From: Chthoniobacterales bacterium
Lineage (GTDB): Bacteria; Verrucomicrobiota; Verrucomicrobiia; Chthoniobacterales; UBA10450
Assembly: GCA_038234295.1 (NCBI GenBank)
Contig: JBBSUP010000001.1
Coordinates: 3,493 to 67,492 of the forward strand
Direction of reading: 5' to 3'
Length of the DNA: 64,000 nt
The position numbers and the translations under genes are program-made. Positions 53,319 through 60,945 of the stretch are shown here, piece after piece. Positions within the stretch are counted from its first letter, which is position 1; each line of letters opens with the position of its first letter. Below the pieces are notes generated by a model. It was not told the DNA's origin. It ran no database searches and was given only the letters and a program-made list of their open reading frames with translations.

Positions 53319-54020
53319 ATGTCTGCCCCAACGTTTTTCGAGAACGCAAAGGCCTTCCACCGCTGGCTTGAGGCGCACGCGTCCTCGAAGACGGAGTTGC
53401 TCGTTGGCTTTCGCAAGGTCGGCTCCGGCCGGCCGAGCATTTCCTGGCCCGAATCTGTCGATGAAGCTCTCTGTTTTGGCTGGATCGACGGCGTTCGCAA
53501 GCGCATCGACGATCAGGCTTACTCCATCCGGTTCACGCCGAGGAAGCCAACGTCGATCTGGAGCGCAGTCAACATCGCGAAGGTTGAAAAACTGCGAAAA
53601 GAAGGGCGAATCACGCCCGCCGGTGAGCAAGCATTCGCGCATCGCCAGGAGCACAAATCTGTCGTTTATGCCTACGAACAGGCGCATACGGCTGAGTTCT
53701 CGGTCCAGGAACTCCGCGCTTTTAAGCAGAAGAAGGAAGCATGGGAGTTCTTCAAGGCCACTCCACCCGGCTATAAAAAGGTCATGCTTCATTGGGTAAC
53801 CACCGCGAAGAGGGCAGAGACAAGGGCTTCGCGCTTCGCCACGCTTATCAGTGCATGTGTCTCAGGCAAGCGTTTGCGGCAGAGTCACGAGTGCTGTCTA
53901 ACCATGCGACGATGCAACCAACCCCTGGCTCGTCACGGCCAGCCCTTCCATTCTTGCCAGTCGCAGACTCGCCGTAGAGAGCGGTCAATGATCTTGTTTT
54001 CGTTAGGCCCCAAAACATGA
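53319..54020 (+). CDS. YdeI/OmpD-associated family protein
   Basis: FFENAKAFHRWLEAHASSKTELLVGFRKVGSGRPSISWPESVDEALCFGWIDGVRKRIDDQAYSIRFTPRKPTSIWSAVNIAKVEKL matches my memory of the YdeI family. The last ~35 aa read into a partial E-type repeat and may not be native. Confidence 0.75.
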   Translation: MSAPTFFENAKAFHRWLEAHASSKTELLVGFRKVGSGRPSISWPESVDEALCFGWIDGVRKRIDDQAYSIRFTPRKPTSIWSAVNIAKVEKLRKEGRITPAGEQAFAHRQEHKSVVYAYEQAHTAEFSVQELRAFKQKKEAWEFFKATPPGYKKVMLHWVTTAKRAETRASRFATLISACVSGKRLRQSHECCLTMRRCNQPLARHGQPFHSCQSQTRRRERSMILFSLGPKT

Positions 54021-54517
54021 GTAGCTTCGAGAGTATCACGATGAGGGAAGTCGAGTCTTCCGATCTCGAGACTTTCTACGAGCAGCAACTCGACCCGGAA
54101 GCCATTAGGATGGCAGCGTTCGTCTGTGATGACCCAACGGACAGAATAGCTTTCGCCGCCCATTGGGAGAAGATTTTGCATTCGTCACAGATTACCCAGA
54201 GAACGATCGTGGCCGAGGGACCAGTCGCTGGTCACATCGCGTGCTATCCGGATGGCGAGAAATTAGAAGTCACCTATTGGCTGGGACGGGAGTTCTGGGG
54301 AAGAGGCTTAGCGACTCAAGCGCTCCAGAGAATGCTTCACCTTGTGGTCGAGCGGCCGCTCTTCGCAAGGGCCGCAGCGGACAACATCGGGTCGCTAAGA
54401 GTGCTACAGAAATGCGGTTTTAAAATCAGCGGGGAAAACATAGATTTCGCCAAGGGCAGAGGCGAAGACACAGAAGAGTACATTCTTCGCCTGGATCTTG
54501 AGCAAGCAAATGATTGA
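54017..54517 (+). CDS. GNAT-family N-acetyltransferase
   Basis: 166 aa. The acetyl-CoA-binding region is WLGREFWGRGLATQALQRMLHLV, and the C-terminus is AADNIGSLRVLQKCGFKISGE, typical of RimJ/RimL-like GNATs. The ATG overlaps the upstream TGA. Confidence 0.85.
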   Translation: MSSFESITMREVESSDLETFYEQQLDPEAIRMAAFVCDDPTDRIAFAAHWEKILHSSQITQRTIVAEGPVAGHIACYPDGEKLEVTYWLGREFWGRGLATQALQRMLHLVVERPLFARAAADNIGSLRVLQKCGFKISGENIDFAKGRGEDTEEYILRLDLEQAND

Positions 54518-54703
54518 ATTAGCCTCACCATCCGACAGAGACAACGGACGGGAATTGACCTCACTTCGCAGGGGCCGGCTCCGCTCCGCGACTTTTCCTC
54601 GATTCAGGTCATCAGCACGCTCGCGCGCGCATCTCATCTTTAACTTTAGGCACTTTCGCAGAAATGAAGCGAGACTACATCACGCACAACCAACACCTCA
54701 TAT

Positions 54704-55093
54704 ATGGAAGAAGTAACTGGCATTGGAGGCATTTTCTTTAAGGCGCGCGACCCGGCACGGATGGCGGCCTGGTATCGCGACCATCTCGGAGTCCGCAACC
54801 AGGAGGGTTTCGCTGACTTCACGTGGCGCCTCCATGATCAGCCCGAGGAGGTCGGTCACACCGCCTGGGCTCTGTTCTCCGCGGACACGGACCATTTCGG
54901 AGCTGGTGCGGCACCATTCATGATTAACTATCGGGTTGAAAATCTGGATCGTATGCTGGAGCAACTGCGCGCCGCCGACGTCACGATCGACAAGGTAGAG
55001 GACTCCGACTATGGACGTTTCGCCTGGGTGTCAGACCCAGAAGGTAATCGGGTTGAGTTGTGGCAGCCAACAGCCGAACAGAATCAGGTCTAA
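54704..55093 (+). CDS. VOC-family (glyoxalase/bleomycin-resistance fold) protein
   Basis: 129 aa: GIGGIFFKARDPARMAAWYRDHLGV...DSDYGRFAWVSDPEGNRVELWQP, the characteristic paired beta-alpha-beta-beta-beta module ends. Confidence 0.85.
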   Translation: MEEVTGIGGIFFKARDPARMAAWYRDHLGVRNQEGFADFTWRLHDQPEEVGHTAWALFSADTDHFGAGAAPFMINYRVENLDRMLEQLRAADVTIDKVEDSDYGRFAWVSDPEGNRVELWQPTAEQNQV

Positions 55094-55155
55094 TGTCGCG
55101 GCTGGCCAGTCCGCTCCCCATATCCGGAAGGGCTGATCTTGTTCTCAACCGGCCT
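55089..55155 (+). repeat. short variant of family E repeat
   Basis: TCTAATGTCGCGGCTGGCCAGTCCG...GGGCTGATCTTGTTCTCAACCGGCC shares the GCTGGCC and GGCTGATCTTGTTCTC blocks. It starts at the VOC gene stop codon. Confidence 0.5.
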
Positions 55156-55402
55156 CGCGCGAAACTTGGAGCCAATCATCATCGATTTTAAGTGGACGGG
55201 AGAGGATCTCCTCACTGCGCGCTGGCGGCACTTCCGGCACGTCTGTCGCCTTTTATTCCGGTGAGCGATGCATATAATCACTTTCTGCACCATGGCTGTC
55301 AGTATCTACAGTCTCATGAGCGGAGGTTTTTAAGCGTCCAGACCGAGACCCTGACATCCAGTGGACCATTTCTTCAGAGCGGCTGATCCGACACTGTTCC
55401 TG

Positions 55403-55882
55403 GTGAACGCGAGACCGTATGAGTCCGCCGATCTGCGCAGAGTCATTGAGACTTACACCACTTCGATTCACCATCTGGCTGCGCCTTACTATTCTCCTGA
55501 ACAGATCGCGGCCTGGGCGCCTGTAGAACCCGACCTGGCGCGCTGGGAGGAGCGGTTGGCTGCTCTTCACAGCGTGGTCGCCGAGTGCGGCGGCGTGCTG
55601 GCTGGCTTCGCCTCTTACACCGAAGAGGGCTACCTCGACTTTCTTTTTACTCACCCAAGCTTTGCCCGCCGCGGCGTAGCCAGGTTACTCTATCAGTCAG
55701 TAGAGTCGGCGCTCCATTCCCTTGGCGTGAACGAGGTGACGAGTCATGTCAGCCTGGCCGCGCGTGCTTTTTTCGAGCACCAGGGCTTCGTGGTCGATGC
55801 GGAAGAGTGCGTCGAATGCAGAGGGGTATTCCTTCGGCGCTTCGCGATGCACAAGCGGCTCGAGTTGGAGGGCGACCACTAG
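55403..55882 (+). CDS. GNAT-family N-acetyltransferase
   Basis: VNARPYESADLRRVIETY.. with the acetyl-CoA site LFTHPSFARRGVARLLYQSVE. GTG 55403 is preferred because an E-type 3' block (GAGCGGCTGATCCGACACTGTTCCTG) ends immediately before it; the track start is GTG 55361. The TAG stop abuts the IS end. Confidence 0.8.
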   Translation: MNARPYESADLRRVIETYTTSIHHLAAPYYSPEQIAAWAPVEPDLARWEERLAALHSVVAECGGVLAGFASYTEEGYLDFLFTHPSFARRGVARLLYQSVESALHSLGVNEVTSHVSLAARAFFEHQGFVVDAEECVECRGVFLRRFAMHKRLELEGDH

Positions 55883-55950
55883 AGCGTGTCGTGCACTTTT
55901 GTTGAGGAAAAGGCTGTACTTTTTGAAGGCGAAGGTGCAGCAAGCTTGGG

Positions 55951-56226
55951 ATGGGAAAAAAACCAAGCGGCAAAGTGCGCAGTTATCCGAGTGATATCAG
56001 CGACGAGGAGTGGGAGTTTTGCGTGGCATATCTGACGTTGATGAACGAGCAAGCGCCGCAGCGCGAACACTCTCTGCGGGCGATCTTCAATGCCTTGCGC
56101 TGGATGGTGCGAGCCGGTTGTCCGTGGCGGCTGCTACCTCATGACTTGCCTCCTTGGACGGCGGTCCATCAGCAAACCCAGCGCTGGATCGAGCGGGCTG
56201 TTTTGAAGCGATGGCGCACGATTTGA
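55951..56226 (+). CDS. IS5-family transposase, N-terminal ORF (DUF4096-type HTH)
   Basis: [15 protein letters not shown]....[47 protein letters not shown] is typical of the IS5/IS1182-type OrfA. Confidence 0.85.
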   Translation: MGKKPSGKVRSYPSDISDEEWEFCVAYLTLMNEQAPQREHSLRAIFNALRWMVRAGCPWRLLPHDLPPWTAVHQQTQRWIERAVLKRWRTI

Positions 56227-56756
56227 GAATGATGCTCCGGGAGTTGGCGGGGCGCGGGAGTCAACCCACGGCGGTCATTCTCGATGGGCGCACCGCGCAG
56301 TCGACCCCGGAGAGCGGAGCGCGGGCCGGTTACGATGGGCACAAGCGGCGCAAAGGCTCGAAGGTGCATATCGCCGTCGATACCTTAGGGCACCTGCTGG
56401 CCTTGAAAGTGACTCCCGCCAACGAGTCGGAACGAGCGCAGGTCGGCGCCCTAGCCGAGGCGGTGCAAGCCGCCACGGCCGGCAATGTCGAGCTCAGCTA
56501 CGTCGATCAAGGCTACACCGGGCCCAACCCGCACGCAGAGGCCGCCCAACAAGGCATCCAACTCATCGTGGTCAAACTCGCGGCCGCCAAGCGTGGGTTC
56601 GTCCTCCTGCCGCGGCGCTGGGTGGTCGAACGCTCCTTTGCCTGGGCCGCCCGTTTTCGCCGCCTCGCGCGCGACTCCGAGCGACTCGCTCCCACCTTCG
56701 CCGGCTTCCATTGGCTTGCCTTCCTCTGCCTCATGCTTAACTCGTTATTCCGTTAA
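56154..56756 (+). CDS. IS5-family transposase, DDE catalytic ORF
   Basis: [11 protein letters not shown] (D), [36 protein letters not shown] (D) and [22 protein letters not shown] (E) form the DDE_Tnp_1 pattern. It overlaps OrfA by 73 nt in the -1 frame. I could not find a canonical slippery heptamer. Confidence 0.85.
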   Translation: MDGGPSANPALDRAGCFEAMAHDLRMMLRELAGRGSQPTAVILDGRTAQSTPESGARAGYDGHKRRKGSKVHIAVDTLGHLLALKVTPANESERAQVGALAEAVQAATAGNVELSYVDQGYTGPNPHAEAAQQGIQLIVVKLAAAKRGFVLLPRRWVVERSFAWAARFRRLARDSERLAPTFAGFHWLAFLCLMLNSLFR

Positions 56757-56774
56757 AGTGCATGACACGCTCTA

Positions 56775-56893
56775 GTGCAATGGAACGGGAAATTCTGAAA
56801 CGGAGCGTCGCTCCGTTGATCCTGGTCATGCAGAAGCATGACCCTCCGGAGGGACGCGCTTCCCCGCGTACAGCTTCTTCTGTTCCAGTGCAC
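56775..56893. repeat. 119-bp compound-hairpin element with terminal inverted repeats GTGCAATGGAAC / GTTCCAGTGCAC
   Basis: The termini are complementary at 11 of 12 positions. Inner hairpins are ACGGAGCG-TC-GCTCCGT, GGTCATGC-AGAA-GCATGACC and CCCTCCGGAGGG. Confidence 0.6.
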
Positions 56894-57163
56894 TAAATTG
56901 CGGTTGGCTTAGCAGTTCACCTTCAGTCGTCTCCGTCCGCGGCAAGCGCGGGCCACATCTTCGGAACAGGCAAAAGCTTTAAGGGGTTACCCCAAAATTG
57001 GCGCTTGGCCGCGTGCGTCCTAACTCGCAGTCAGCTGAGCATTTAACTCAGCACCCGCCTGCTCCGCCCTCGGTCGGCTCATTAAAAATAAACCCAAACA
57101 CAGCCGCGCGGAGCCCGACCCGCGTTTCTAAACATGCCGCCCTATCGGGCTGAGCACCTAATT

Positions 57164-57550
57164 ATGAAACGAACCGCACTCACCTTCCTTTGTCTTTCTG
57201 CCTTCGCGCTCTCCGCGATCGCCGAGGATAACACCGATGCAACCCCAACCCCGGCCGATAATTCGGGACGGAATACCCGCGATCGCTCCGGCGACTCTAA
57301 AACCTCGGGCGACCAGTCAAACAGCTCTGACGCCATCAAAATCACTGCCGCGATCCGTCGCGCGGTGATGGATGATGACTCGTTGAGCATGACGGCGAAG
57401 AACGTCAAGATCATCACCGCCGATGGCGTGGTGACTTTGCGTGGCCCGGTGGAGACCGCCGCGGAGAAAGCCACCATCGCAAAACTCGCCGAGGCCAATG
57501 CCGGCGGCGCGAAAGTCATGGACCAGCTGGAAATCAAGCGGTCCGAATAA
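57164..57550 (+). CDS. secreted BON-domain protein
   Basis: Signal peptide MKRTALTFLCLSAFALSAIA, a low-complexity Ser/Asp/Asn linker, then a BON-like ITAAIRRAVMDDDSLSMTAKNVKIITADGVVTLRGPVETAAEKATIAKLA. Confidence 0.8.
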   Translation: MKRTALTFLCLSAFALSAIAEDNTDATPTPADNSGRNTRDRSGDSKTSGDQSNSSDAIKITAAIRRAVMDDDSLSMTAKNVKIITADGVVTLRGPVETAAEKATIAKLAEANAGGAKVMDQLEIKRSE

Positions 57551-57585
57551 AGTCAGTCAACCAATAGAAAAAACACCAAATCATT

Positions 57586-58113
57586 ATGTCTAAAACTCAA
57601 GTTTTCTGCATCGCCCAGAGTCACTCACAAGCCGAACAAATCGTCGAGCGCCTGCAGGCTTCCGGATTTCCGCCCGCGGAAATCTCGATTCTGCTCCCTG
57701 ATACCGAGGGCAAACACGATATCGGCCACGTCAAAGCAACCAAGGCGCCGGAAGGCGCGACCACCGGCGCCGCTACTGGCGGTGTGACCGGCGGAGTCAT
57801 CGGCCTGCTCGCGGGCATCGGCGCGCTTGCTATCCCAGGCGTCGGTCCTTTGATCGCGGCGGGCCCGATCATGGCCGCGCTCAGCGGTGCTGCCATCGGC
57901 GGTGCGACCGGCGGAATCGTCGGCGGCCTCATCGGTCTCGGGATTCCAGAGATCGAAGCGAAACGCTACGAGGAAAAGCTCAAATCCGGTAACTACCTCA
58001 TCGCCGTGCATGCGCACGACGACGACCAGGAAGATCGCGCCAAAAAGATCTTCGAGGACGCCGATGCCGAAGACATCACCACCTCGGATATGTCTTCGAC
58101 GCCGAACAGCTAG
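57586..58113 (+). CDS. glycine-zipper membrane protein (general-stress-protein-like)
   Basis: 175 aa with an N-terminal small alpha/beta domain. The central region GAATGGVTGGVIGLLAGIGALAIPGVGPLIAAGPIMAALSGAAIGGATGGIVGGLIGLGIP is a glycine zipper. Acidic C-terminus. Confidence 0.65.
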   Translation: MSKTQVFCIAQSHSQAEQIVERLQASGFPPAEISILLPDTEGKHDIGHVKATKAPEGATTGAATGGVTGGVIGLLAGIGALAIPGVGPLIAAGPIMAALSGAAIGGATGGIVGGLIGLGIPEIEAKRYEEKLKSGNYLIAVHAHDDDQEDRAKKIFEDADAEDITTSDMSSTPNS

Positions 58114-58138
58114 GCCTCAAAGCTCGAGAAAAATCAGG

Positions 58139-58174
58139 AACGCCCCGGGTCGAAAGGCTCGGGGCGTTTTCTTT
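58139..58174 (+). terminator. rho-independent terminator
   Basis: AACGCCCCG-GGTCGAAAGGCT-CGGGGCGTT followed by TTCTTTG, 26 nt after the TAG of the preceding gene. Confidence 0.75.
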
Positions 58175-58443
58175 GTCGGCGTCATCAGTGAAACAAGCGG
58201 GATGCTGCGAGAGCGGACGCCGGGTAAGATCACGTCGTGAGCTACGAGGAGCTGATCCTTCGAAGAAATAATGAAGTCGGCGGGTCTTCCCAACGCGCCG
58301 GCTCAGCCGGAGCACACGCGGTGAACTTCTTCTCCGAGCTAAAGCGGCGTAACGTTTGCAGAAGCCCGGGCTGGACAAAAGCGGACGGGCTGGATGGAAA
58401 TCGGCTCGTTGAGTTCCGCGTTTTCAGATAAAAGGGAAATGTC

Positions 58444-60573
58444 ATGCCGTCCGATTCTTTTTCTGAACTCAAAGCCGAAATCGGCCACGTCCTCTTCATC
58501 GACATCGTGGGCTACTCGAAGTTGCTCATCAATGAGCAGAGCGAGGTGCTGCGGGATCTGAATGAAATGGTGCGCCATCTTCCGCAGGTCGAGGCCGCGG
58601 AACAAGCGGGAAAATTGATTCGGTTGCCGAGCGGCGACGGCATGGCGCTGGTTTTTCGCGATGACCTCGAAGCTCCCGCGCTCTGCGCGCTGGAGATCAG
58701 CCGCGTCGTCAAAGCTTCACCCGCCATTCAACTGCGCATGGGCATTCACAGCGGACCGATTAACGAGATCTCGGATGTGAATGAGCGCATCAACATTGCC
58801 GGCGGAGGAATCAACGTCGCCCAACGAGTCATGGATTGCGGCGATGCCGGTCACATCCTCCTCTCGAAACGCGTCGCTGATGATCTGGCGCAATACCGGC
58901 ATTGGCAGCCGCTCCTGCACGAGCTGGGCGAGTGCGAGGTGAAACACGGAGTTCGCATTTCGGTCGTCAATCTCTACACCGAAGAGCTGGGGAACGCGGA
59001 GCTACCGGCGAAGTTCAAGTCTGCAGGAGTGGCTGCCGCACCGGCACCGAGCAAATTGTCTCGCAAGCATCTGGTGCTTCTGAGTGGAGTCGCGGCGGCG
59101 CTCCTCGTCGGCTTCCTGATCTTTTCGCTCTCGCGAAAGAGCGGATCATCGACGAGCGCGTCGGAGCCAGCGCGCGGTGCGATCTCAGTGGCGGCTCCCC
59201 AGAAAAGCATCGCCGTGCTGCCCTTCATGAACATGAGCGGAAACGCCGGCGACGAGTACTTGAGTGATGGGATGACTGAGGAGCTGCTCAGCAGCCTAAC
59301 GAAGGTGAAAGAACTGCGCGTGCCCGGGCGGAGTTCCTGTTTCGCTTTCAAGGGCATGTACGAGGAGGACATCTTCCGCAAGGTCGGCCAGCAATTGCAC
59401 GTCAACGCGGTTCTGGAAGGGAGTGTCCGCAAGGCCGGCGAGAAGCTGCGAATCACCGCGCAACTCATTAACGTGGCCGATGGTTATCATCTTTGGTCGG
59501 AGACTTACGACCGCGACATGTCTGACATCCTCGCGGTCGAAACCGATGTCGCGCAACGCGTGGTGCAGGCACTGAAAGTGCAACTCGGCGTCGAGGGGGC
59601 GCGCGCCTTGGCGAAAAAGCCAACTGAAAATCCGGAAGCCCACCGCCTCTACCTGCTGGGCCGTTACCATTTCGACAAGTTCACGCGCGCAGGCTGGACC
59701 AGCGCGCTCCGCTGCTTTGAACAAGCCATTCAACTCGATCCCACCTACGCCCTCGCTTATTGCGGACTGGCTGATACCTACGCCACTGCTGGAGGGCAGT
59801 TGATGCCAGGCAAGGAGGCCTGGGCCAAAGAAAGGGAATTTGCGGAGAAAGCGCTGGCGCTCGATCCGAATCTTGCCGAGGCGCATCTCTCCATGGCGAC
59901 AGCTCTCTTTAGCCTGCTCGATCCGCACGCCTCCGAGAAGGAACTCGACCGCGCGGTGGAATTGAGTCCCAAGCTGCTTTTCATCTATGACCAATATGGC
60001 TGGACCTTCGCGGAAATGGGTCGGTTCGACGAGGCGATCGCGGCGGAGAAGAAGGCGGTGGAATTCGATCCGCTGAACCCGTTTACGAATACTGAGCTCG
60101 GGTTTCTTCTTTACTGGGCGCGTCGCTACGACGAAGCGATTGTGCAGATTCGCAAGACCTTGGAATTGGACCCCAATAATGCCTGGGCCTACTCGGTCTT
60201 GGGCTGGTGCTCGATCTGGAAAGGCAACGAGGCAGAGGCCATAGCGGCGTTTCAGAAAGCTACCACGCTGGATGACCTGCCATGGTATATCGGTTCTCTC
60301 GGCTACGCCCACGCCGTCGCGGGGGATCGTGCCAAAGCTGAGCAGATATTGGGCAAGTTGGATGAGCTGGCCAAGCAGCACTATGTCTCACCAGCCAACC
60401 GCGCGGCGGTTTATCTGGGCCTGGGAGAAAAGGAAAAAGCTTTGGATTGGCTGGAGAAGGCTTGGGACGATCGGGATCCCATCTTTTGGTGGAACCAAGA
60501 CCAGCTTTACGACAGCGTGCGCCACGAACCGCGCTTCGAGGCGCTTCTGAAAAAGATAAGCCTCGACCGATGA
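58444..60573 (+). CDS. class III adenylate/guanylate cyclase domain - TM - TolB-like periplasmic domain - TPR protein
   Basis: The N-terminus IGHVLFIDIVGYSKLL...GDGMALVF..RMGIHSGP is a cyclase homology domain. TM helix LVLLSGVAAALLVGFLIF. It then has KSIAVLPFMNMSGNAGDEYLSDGMTEELLSSLTK..LWSETYDR and TPR repeats. Confidence 0.85.
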   Translation: MPSDSFSELKAEIGHVLFIDIVGYSKLLINEQSEVLRDLNEMVRHLPQVEAAEQAGKLIRLPSGDGMALVFRDDLEAPALCALEISRVVKASPAIQLRMGIHSGPINEISDVNERINIAGGGINVAQRVMDCGDAGHILLSKRVADDLAQYRHWQPLLHELGECEVKHGVRISVVNLYTEELGNAELPAKFKSAGVAAAPAPSKLSRKHLVLLSGVAAALLVGFLIFSLSRKSGSSTSASEPARGAISVAAPQKSIAVLPFMNMSGNAGDEYLSDGMTEELLSSLTKVKELRVPGRSSCFAFKGMYEEDIFRKVGQQLHVNAVLEGSVRKAGEKLRITAQLINVADGYHLWSETYDRDMSDILAVETDVAQRVVQALKVQLGVEGARALAKKPTENPEAHRLYLLGRYHFDKFTRAGWTSALRCFEQAIQLDPTYALAYCGLADTYATAGGQLMPGKEAWAKEREFAEKALALDPNLAEAHLSMATALFSLLDPHASEKELDRAVELSPKLLFIYDQYGWTFAEMGRFDEAIAAEKKAVEFDPLNPFTNTELGFLLYWARRYDEAIVQIRKTLELDPNNAWAYSVLGWCSIWKGNEAEAIAAFQKATTLDDLPWYIGSLGYAHAVAGDRAKAEQILGKLDELAKQHYVSPANRAAVYLGLGEKEKALDWLEKAWDDRDPIFWWNQDQLYDSVRHEPRFEALLKKISLDR

Positions 60574-60728
60574 GCGCCGAGAGCGAACAGCGCAAGGTCC
60601 GACAGGATCCGAGCTTTCAGGACTTCGCCAAGCGCCTGGGGTTGGTTGACTACTGGAAACAGAATCGCTGGCCCGATCCGTGCCATCCAATTCCGGAACG
60701 CGGCCCTGATTCCTTCACCTGCCAATGA
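60570..60728 (+). CDS. 52-aa ORF resembling the extreme C-terminal tail of this TPR family (possible gene remnant)
   Basis: The ATG overlaps the cyclase TGA. ..RQDPSFQDFAKRLGLVDYWKQNRWPDPCHPIPERGPDSFTCQ repeats the DPRF..LL motif that also ends the neighbouring paralogs. Confidence 0.3.
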   Translation: MSAESEQRKVRQDPSFQDFAKRLGLVDYWKQNRWPDPCHPIPERGPDSFTCQ

Positions 60729-60771
60729 ATCGGCTCGTTGAGTCCCACGGTTCCAGATAGAAGGAAATTCC

Positions 60772-60945
60772 ATGCCGCCGGATTCGCCCTCTGAACTGAA
60801 AGCCGAAATCGGCCACGTGCTCTTCATCGACATCGTGGGCTACTCGAAGTTGCTCATCAATGAGCAGAGCGAGCTGCTGGAGCACCCGCGCTTTCAGGCG
60901 CTGTTGAAATTGCCCGCTACTGACGGCCTGTCGGCCGCGCGATGA
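60772..60945 (+). pseudogene. internally deleted paralog of the cyclase-TPR gene (57 codons)
   Basis: The upstream region and first 33 codons (60728-60872) nearly duplicate 58399-58554 (MPPDSPSELKAEIGHVLFIDIVGYSKLLINEQSE). They are then joined directly to a C-terminal-type motif, LLEHPRFQALLKLP. The TGA overlaps the next ATG. Confidence 0.55.

Larger units (their letters stand above)
55882..56772 (+). mobile_element. IS5-family insertion sequence (891 bp)
   Basis: Terminal inverted repeats GAGCGTGTCGTGCACTTT (55882-55899) and its complement with 1 mismatch (56755-56772). It is flanked by TA at 55880-55881 and 56773-56774. The two overlapping transposase ORFs are in a -1 frame relationship. 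Confidence 0.85.

Noticed and set aside
48392-55402. Calling the accessory array a bona fide integron or CALIN with attC sites.
   Set aside because: No integron integrase is in the window. The repeat does not show the symmetric R''-L''/L'-R' pairing by eye: there is 1 nt versus ~19 nt between the inverted blocks and the CTAAC/GTTAG ends. The GTTAGGC core is also common inside unrelated core genes. It is kept only as a hypothesis in the findings.
1441-59302. The idea that the 9-mer copies are an assembly, adapter or other technical artefact.
   Set aside because: The copies sit in frame within conserved protein motifs, for example the kinase subdomain-IX S-L-G in two diverged paralogs, and at functional stop codons. 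Both observations are incompatible with inserted artefactual sequence.
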